Shown piece by piece: positions 27,226-32,000 of a stretch of DNA of 32,000 nt. Origin of the DNA: Acaryochloris marina MBIC11017 (GTDB taxonomy: Bacteria; Cyanobacteriota; Cyanobacteriia; Thermosynechococcales; Thermosynechococcaceae); NCBI RefSeq assembly GCF_000018105.1, contig NC_009925.1, forward strand, positions 4,050,001 through 4,082,000. Direction: 5' to 3'. Below the pieces are notes generated by a model. The model saw only the letters and a program-made list of their open reading frames with translations. It searched no databases and had not been told where the DNA came from. The position numbers and the translations under genes are program-made. Position 1 is the stretch's first letter; each line of letters begins with the position of its first letter.

Positions 27226-28398
27226 TTATAAATTTGAGTACGATAAACCTTTCTGTAGGCTTCGAAGAGCGTTTCCTGGTCGCAGTAGTAAACTTACCCC
27301 AATGAGGCCAGTCACAAGATTGGGGGTCCAAGCTCCAAACCACGGTGAAATAATGCCTAATTGGCCCCAGGCATCGGCGATGAAAATTAGGATATATTGC
27401 CCCAATACCAATATCAGGCTTATACCAAAGCCATTGCTAACAGCTAATCGACGCTGACTGATGCCTAAAGTACTCCCGACTAGCCCAAAGATGATAACTG
27501 TAAATGGGAGTGCAATTTTGCGGTGAATTTGGATTGCTAAGGCCCTGATTTGAGTTGGACGACCTGTTTGTCGGAGTTTTGTGAGTAGCTGCTGTGACTG
27601 GGCTAGGGTCACCCCATTGGGGTTGATGTCAGAATCAGTGAGAGACAATTGGGGCGGCAGCTGAAGTTCCTGTTTTGAAAACTCAATGATATGTTTTTCA
27701 GCTCCATCAGTCCCTATGGCATAGATAGAGCCATCCTTAAATATCCAGATATTGCGCTCTGCATTCCATGTGGCTGATTGAGCGATTAAGACCTGCTGAT
27801 TGTTGGGCAGAGTCCAATCGATGACGGTGATGCCAGATAAGGTTTGCCCCTGGCCAGTTTGAGCATAAAAAAGGCGGCGCAGCTCTTGATTGGGACCAAT
27901 ATCTGGATAGACGATGTGGCGGCCTTGGAGTGAAAATTGACCTGCTTGTAATGTTTGGCGTAGTAGATGGTGTGAGTGAGCTTGACTCACAGGAACGAGA
28001 CTTTCGGTCAGTCCGAACATGAATAGGCAGGCCAATAGTGAAAAACCTAGACAAGAGCCAATCAAGCGGTTTAAGTGCAGCCCTGCGGATTGGAGAGCCA
28101 GCAATTCACCATCACTCTGCAACCGAGATAAGGTCAGCAAACAAGCCAATAATACCGACATGGGAATGGCAAGACTGACAAAGTAAGGCAGTTGTAAGGT
28201 GAGGATTGATAGTGCGATCGCAATCGGTAACCGTGCTTCTGACACCTGCCCTAACAGATCAAACAAGACCGCCGCTGAAACACCAATAGATGAGAAAGCC
28301 ACCATGCCCCATAAAAAAGGTGGCAGCAATTGTCGAAACAGATAGCGATCGACTAGAGCCAATCTTGACCACCCTACAAACCTGCTCACTCTAAACAT
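27226..28398 (-). CDS. LptF/LptG-family LPS export permease
   Basis: VDRYLFRQLLPPFLWG is the typical YjgP/YjgQ start. There are six hydrophobic segments and a large periplasmic loop. The gene lies directly downstream of lptB. ATG at 28398 is preferred; the track's TTG at 28425 would overlap lptB by 4 nt. Confidence 0.8.
   Translation of the reverse strand: MFRVSRFVGWSRLALVDRYLFRQLLPPFLWGMVAFSSIGVSAAVLFDLLGQVSEARLPIAIALSILTLQLPYFVSLAIPMSVLLACLLTLSRLQSDGELLALQSAGLHLNRLIGSCLGFSLLACLFMFGLTESLVPVSQAHSHHLLRQTLQAGQFSLQGRHIVYPDIGPNQELRRLFYAQTGQGQTLSGITVIDWTLPNNQQVLIAQSATWNAERNIWIFKDGSIYAIGTDGAEKHIIEFSKQELQLPPQLSLTDSDINPNGVTLAQSQQLLTKLRQTGRPTQIRALAIQIHRKIALPFTVIIFGLVGSTLGISQRRLAVSNGFGISLILVLGQYILIFIADAWGQLGIISPWFGAWTPNLVTGLIGVSLLLRPGNALRSLQKGLSYSNL
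28214..28221. repeat. HIP1 palindrome GCGATCGC
   Basis: Exact octamer read directly. Confidence 0.95.
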
Positions 28399-28421
28399 AG
28401 GATTTGGGCCTAGGGTAACGA

Positions 28422-29150
28422 TCAACGTTGAAATTGATTTCCCAAGTAATACTGACGAACATAGGGATCATCATAAAGCTCTGCAGGAGTGCCTGCAGCC
28501 AGGATACTCCCTTCCCTTAAGATATAAGCCCGATGGGTGATCGCCAGGGTTTCGCGGACATTATGGTCTGTGATCAAGATACCTAAGTTGCGATCGCATA
28601 ATCGACCAATCATGGTTTGCATCCCTGAGACAGCAATGGGATCAATGCCCGCAAAGGGTTCATCCAAGAGGAGAAATCTTGGCCCCTCTTTGCCCATAGC
28701 TAACACCCGTGCTAATTCTGTCCGGCGACGCTCCCCTCCAGACACTTGCATCCCCAGCGTATTCGCCACATGCTCCAGCTGAAATTCTGCGAGTAAACGG
28801 TCTAACCGAGAGGACCATTGTGGGCGGGGCACCCCCGACTGTTCCATGACCATCAATAAATTGTCTCGTATACTCAGATGACGAAAAATACTTGGCTCTT
28901 GGGCAAGATAGCCAATTCCTAACCGGGCTCGCTGATGCAACGGTAATGTTGTGATCTCTTGACTGCCCAACCATACGGTTCCATGGGTTGGCCTTTCTAA
29001 TCCCACCGCAATATAAAAGGAGGTGGTTTTGCCTGCGCCATTGGGCCCCAGTAGCCCTACAATCTCGCCCTGACCTGCAGACAGAGAGACATTCTGCAAG
29101 ACGCTACGGCGGCGATAAGATTTGCTAATGTCTTGTAGGCGAATACGCAA
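28422..29150 (-). CDS. lptB: LPS export ABC transporter ATP-binding protein LptB
   Basis: GEIVGLLGPNGAGKTTSFY, GIGYLAQEPSIFRHLSIRDNL, VSGGERRRTELARVL, LLLDEPFAGIDP, ITDHNVRETL and the C-terminal VRQYYLG are LptB hallmarks. The TTG start is preceded by gaggag. Confidence 0.9.
   Translation of the reverse strand: MRIRLQDISKSYRRRSVLQNVSLSAGQGEIVGLLGPNGAGKTTSFYIAVGLERPTHGTVWLGSQEITTLPLHQRARLGIGYLAQEPSIFRHLSIRDNLLMVMEQSGVPRPQWSSRLDRLLAEFQLEHVANTLGMQVSGGERRRTELARVLAMGKEGPRFLLLDEPFAGIDPIAVSGMQTMIGRLCDRNLGILITDHNVRETLAITHRAYILREGSILAAGTPAELYDDPYVRQYYLGNQFQR
28590..28597. repeat. HIP1 palindrome GCGATCGC
   Basis: Exact octamer read directly. Confidence 0.95.
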
Positions 29151-29194
29151 GGGGACTCCTCGTAGATTGTCAGAAAAGTCCTCAGATAATCAGG

Positions 29195-29605
29195 CTACTG
29201 AGATAGGTTTACGTTCGTCTCCACCGCCTCAGATGATTCAGTCTCAGCCTCAAATCGGCCTTCATCAATCACATAGGTAATCTTATCTGCTTGGATATTA
29301 TTGCCCTCATGCTCGATTAGCACATCTCCTTCCATGAGGATGCGGCGTTCTCGGCTAAAGTACTGAGCCTTAGCAGCCGTCGCTTTCAACTTATGTTGAG
29401 GATAAAGAATTTGAACATTACCGGCTGCCGTTACAATACCGGTTTTAGCATTGGCTTTTTGGACATCTGCTCTTAGGGTCAACGATCGCCGCTGATCCTG
29501 GGCTTGAATCGGATTAAAAAAAATCGCCCCTAGCCCTAAGAGGATGATGCATACTAGATTGACTCTGAGTCTAAAAATGGGCGCTCGCATTTGCAAATTG
29601 CTCAT
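29195..29605 (-). CDS. OstA-like (LptA/LptC-type) periplasmic LPS transport protein
   Basis: An N-terminal hydrophobic anchor/signal (VNLVCIILLGLGAIFF) is followed by an OstA_N-like beta-jellyroll pattern (LTLRADVQKANAKTGIVTAAGNVQI...LKATAAKAQYF...ILMEGDVLIEHEGNNIQADKITY). It lies upstream of lptB in the same operon. Confidence 0.6.
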   Translation of the reverse strand: MSNLQMRAPIFRLRVNLVCIILLGLGAIFFNPIQAQDQRRSLTLRADVQKANAKTGIVTAAGNVQILYPQHKLKATAAKAQYFSRERRILMEGDVLIEHEGNNIQADKITYVIDEGRFEAETESSEAVETNVNLSQ

Positions 29606-29677
29606 CGGTTACCTGTTTAAAGCTCGATGGTTCTTTCTTTCAGTCATTCAGCCACTCTAGTGTTCTGTAATTAGGCT

Positions 29678-30115
29678 TTATTCTACCGTGGTGATTTTGG
29701 GTAATAAAGTTAAGCGATTCATAAGGCTAACATCTTGGGACGCAGACTCAGACTGCTGATGAGCCGGTAAGACGAGTTGACTGAATATTGCCACTTGCTC
29801 CGGTCCATGTTTCTGCAAGCATTCTAGTAGGTTTGCACTGACATCAACAAATGTTTCAATATCCAAGCCTGCAAATTCTGGTTCATAGGACTGCAAACGA
29901 CCGATACCTTCACCTAAAAGAATGACAGCACCTTGCCAGTTTTTGTTGCCTAGATGATAACAAGCGACTGCAACTTGTAAAAAACCTTGGTAAAGACTTT
30001 TCGGTGGATCAGTCGCTTCCATCCACAAGGCCTCAAGGGTGTCGTGACAAGCATAATATTGGCCTTGATTGAACTCCTCAACCCCTTGCCAAAAAGCGGG
30101 AGGTAGTTCATCCAT
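29678..30115 (-). CDS. DUF309 domain protein
   Basis: FNQGQYYACHDTLEALW...YQGFLQVAVACYHLGNKNWQGA matches the DUF309 pattern. The start ATG shares one nucleotide with the ftrC stop (TAATG). Confidence 0.75.
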   Translation of the reverse strand: MDELPPAFWQGVEEFNQGQYYACHDTLEALWMEATDPPKSLYQGFLQVAVACYHLGNKNWQGAVILLGEGIGRLQSYEPEFAGLDIETFVDVSANLLECLQKHGPEQVAIFSQLVLPAHQQSESASQDVSLMNRLTLLPKITTVE

Positions 30116-30477
30116 TAAAACTTGTCTGTCTCAGTTCGGATTTGATCAACAGTGATGGTTTGTTGGTCCCCAGCAAAAGGATTATCAGGGGTTAGGAACA
30201 ACATGCAGTGGCATTCTTTGCGTTCTCGCATGGGTACACAAGGACAATTCCAATAGGCAGCTGCCACTTCCGCTTCTTTATCTTCGTAATAACGGCAAGG
30301 GCACAATGGAGCCCCTAAGTCATCTTTATGCTTAGCGAGACCTTCAATGACAACAGCTGTTGTTCCTAGATCCGAGCAAAAATACGTTCCAGTACGCTGA
30401 GCATAGGTCTCAGAAAACTTGCGCATCGCCTCCAGGCTTTTTTCCGTGGCTTGTTGGGCACCGCTAGCTTGTGTCAT
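30115..30477 (-). CDS. ftrC: ferredoxin-thioredoxin reductase, catalytic subunit
   Basis: CPCRYYEDKEAE...WNCPCVPMRERKECHCMLFL is the FtrC 4Fe-4S/redox-disulfide cysteine signature. 120 aa. Confidence 0.9.
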   Translation of the reverse strand: MTQASGAQQATEKSLEAMRKFSETYAQRTGTYFCSDLGTTAVVIEGLAKHKDDLGAPLCPCRYYEDKEAEVAAAYWNCPCVPMRERKECHCMLFLTPDNPFAGDQQTITVDQIRTETDKF

Positions 30478-30708
30478 AGGATCCTTGGGGTCAAAAACTT
30501 GGGGACAGAATATTGGCTACTTTTGGTTTAAAGCCTACCACTATTGGTTTGTGTTTATGGGCCGCAATCCTTCTGAGTAGGAAAAATCTCAAAGGACATC
30601 TCACCTGACCGTTGTTGCTCTGTGAACGCTCAATCCTAGAAGCCTCCAGTTGCCTACCGTTCAAAAAACAGGCAACAATGAAAGATGTATTACACTCTTT
30701 CTCATTCC

Positions 30709-32000
30709 ATGGCTTCAGTTCAACCCACCACGAAACATACTGCTGTCGCGGAAGTTAATGCCCCGTCTTCCACCAGCTTTGACTATGACGTCGCCATCGT
30801 CGGGGGTGGAATCGTTGGCGCAACTCTCGCTGCAGCCCTCAAAGATACAAACTTGCGGGTGGTCGTGATTGAAGCACAACCCCGCTCAGTGGCCGTCGCG
30901 AAAGGACAAGCCTATGCGATTCACCTCAGTTCTAGTCGAATTTATCAGGGAATTGGCGTTTGGGAGGCTATTGCTCCTCAAGTCGAATATTTTTCCCAGG
31001 TGCATCTCTCGGATGGCAATTGTCCCAGTGTCGTCAAATTTAAGCCGAGAGATTTGGGGACGCCTGTTTTAGGTTATGTTGCCGAACATCGAGTGTTACT
31101 CAAAGAGCTACTTCAGTTTCTGGAAACGTGTGAGCATGTTGACTGGTGCTGTCCTGCTCAAGTAACAACCACCCATTACCATCCTCATGGTGTAGAGGTT
31201 CAATTGGCACCCAGCTCTGCTGGAGTAGAAGCAGCCCATCGGCATGAGGTCGAGTCTCTTCCCCAAACTTTAAACGTCAGAATGTTGGTGGCGGCAGATG
31301 GATCCCGATCTCAAGTTCGTCAGCAGGCTGGTATTACCACTCAAGGCTGGGATTATTGGCAATCCTGTCTTGTGGCGACCATTGCTCCCGAGAAGTTTCA
31401 TAACCATATTGCCTATGAGCGGTTTTGGCCCAGTGGTCCTTTTGCTATTTTGCCGATTGCAAATCGCCAATGTCGAATTGTGTGGACGGCTCCCCATGCT
31501 CAAGCCCAAGCATTATTAGAATTAGAAGAAGATCAGTTTCTAGACTTACTTCAGCAGCGATACGGATCGCAAATGGGCAAACTTTCTCTAGTGGGACACC
31601 GTTTCCTATTTCCAGCGAAATGGATGCATTCCACTCAATATACGGGGCACCGACTTGCTTTGGTCGGTGATGCTGCCCATACCTGCCATCCGGTCGGAGG
31701 CCAAGGATTAAACTTAGGCATTCGGGATGCAGCAGCCTTAGCCCAAGTCCTGCATGTCGCTCATCAAGCCGGTCAAGATATCGGGAGTGTTCAGGTACTG
31801 CGGCAATATCAGCGTTGGCGTCGCCGCCAAAATTGGCTAGCCCTCGGTTTTACCGACATTCTCAATCGAGTCTTTTCCAATCGGTGGTTCTTAGTGGTTC
31901 AAGGACGGCGCTTGGGCTTGCGTATATTGCAATGGATTGCTCCCCTGCGGATCCTGGCGCTCCGCTTTATGGCTGGTTTGAGTGGCCGTTTGCCGAACCT
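30709..32000 (+). CDS. FAD-dependent monooxygenase, UbiH/UbiF/VisC/COQ6 family (runs off the right edge)
   Basis: I translated this frame by hand from the ATG at 30709 to the window end and found no stop. It contains YDVAIVGGGIVGATLA (dinucleotide-binding fold), VAADGSRSQVR and LVGDAAHTCHPVGGQGLNLGIRDAAAL (family signature). It is absent from the ORF track only because it lacks a stop in the window. Confidence 0.85.
   Translation, partial: MASVQPTTKHTAVAEVNAPSSTSFDYDVAIVGGGIVGATLAAALKDTNLRVVVIEAQPRSVAVAKGQAYAIHLSSSRIYQGIGVWEAIAPQVEYFSQVHLSDGNCPSVVKFKPRDLGTPVLGYVAEHRVLLKELLQFLETCEHVDWCCPAQVTTTHYHPHGVEVQLAPSSAGVEAAHRHEVESLPQTLNVRMLVAADGSRSQVRQQAGITTQGWDYWQSCLVATIAPEKFHNHIAYERFWPSGPFAILPIANRQCRIVWTAPHAQAQALLELEEDQFLDLLQQRYGSQMGKLSLVGHRFLFPAKWMHSTQYTGHRLALVGDAAHTCHPVGGQGLNLGIRDAAALAQVLHVAHQAGQDIGSVQVLRQYQRWRRRQNWLALGFTDILNRVFSNRWFLVVQGRRLGLRILQWIAPLRILALRFMAGLSGRLPN

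Noticed and set aside
28537-28974. 81-aa and 104-aa ORFs overlapping lptB
   Set aside because: These are off-frame or antisense to a gene with unambiguous ABC ATPase motifs.
30650-31670. Five short ORFs from the track (30650-30868, 30869-31072, 31270-31509, 31298-31519, 31425-31670)
   Set aside because: All are off-frame or antisense within the UbiH-family gene. That gene's frame is open from 30709 to the window end and carries the family signatures.
1-32000. CRISPR arrays, rRNA genes, IS elements
   Set aside because: I noticed no regularly spaced direct repeats, rRNA-like sequence, transposase ORFs or terminal inverted repeats while reading both strands.

Overview
The window looks like a cyanobacterial chromosome segment. 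Evidence: a ferredoxin-thioredoxin reductase catalytic subunit, a HetP-family gene, a HetC-like exporter, and exact HIP1 palindromes (GCGATCGC). Core genes of roughly 50% G+C by hand count are: citrate synthase (partial), tRNA-His, an alpha/beta hydrolase, a DUF5682-like protein, an ATP-grasp-like protein, PhzF, two GT4 glycosyltransferases, DUF427, two DUF11-type secreted proteins, an LptA-like/LptB/LptFG operon, DUF309, FtrC and a UbiH-family monooxygenase (partial). Three strongly AT-rich blocks interrupt this backbone.

The largest block (~500-12,637) sits next to tRNA-His and is the most interesting part. It encodes a peptidase-C39 ABC exporter with an N-terminal cNMP-binding-like extension (HetC-like), a HlyD adaptor, and a HetP-family gene between them. 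Convergent to these are a double-glycine-leader peptide precursor, a related Ser/Cys-rich small ORF, a 444-aa RTX-like repeat protein with no N-terminal leader, and a leaderless parvulin-like protein. A 1.7-kb ORF-free AT-rich spacer closes the block.

No integrase, transposase, CRISPR array or rRNA was seen. All family assignments come from motif recognition by eye and have not been checked by search.
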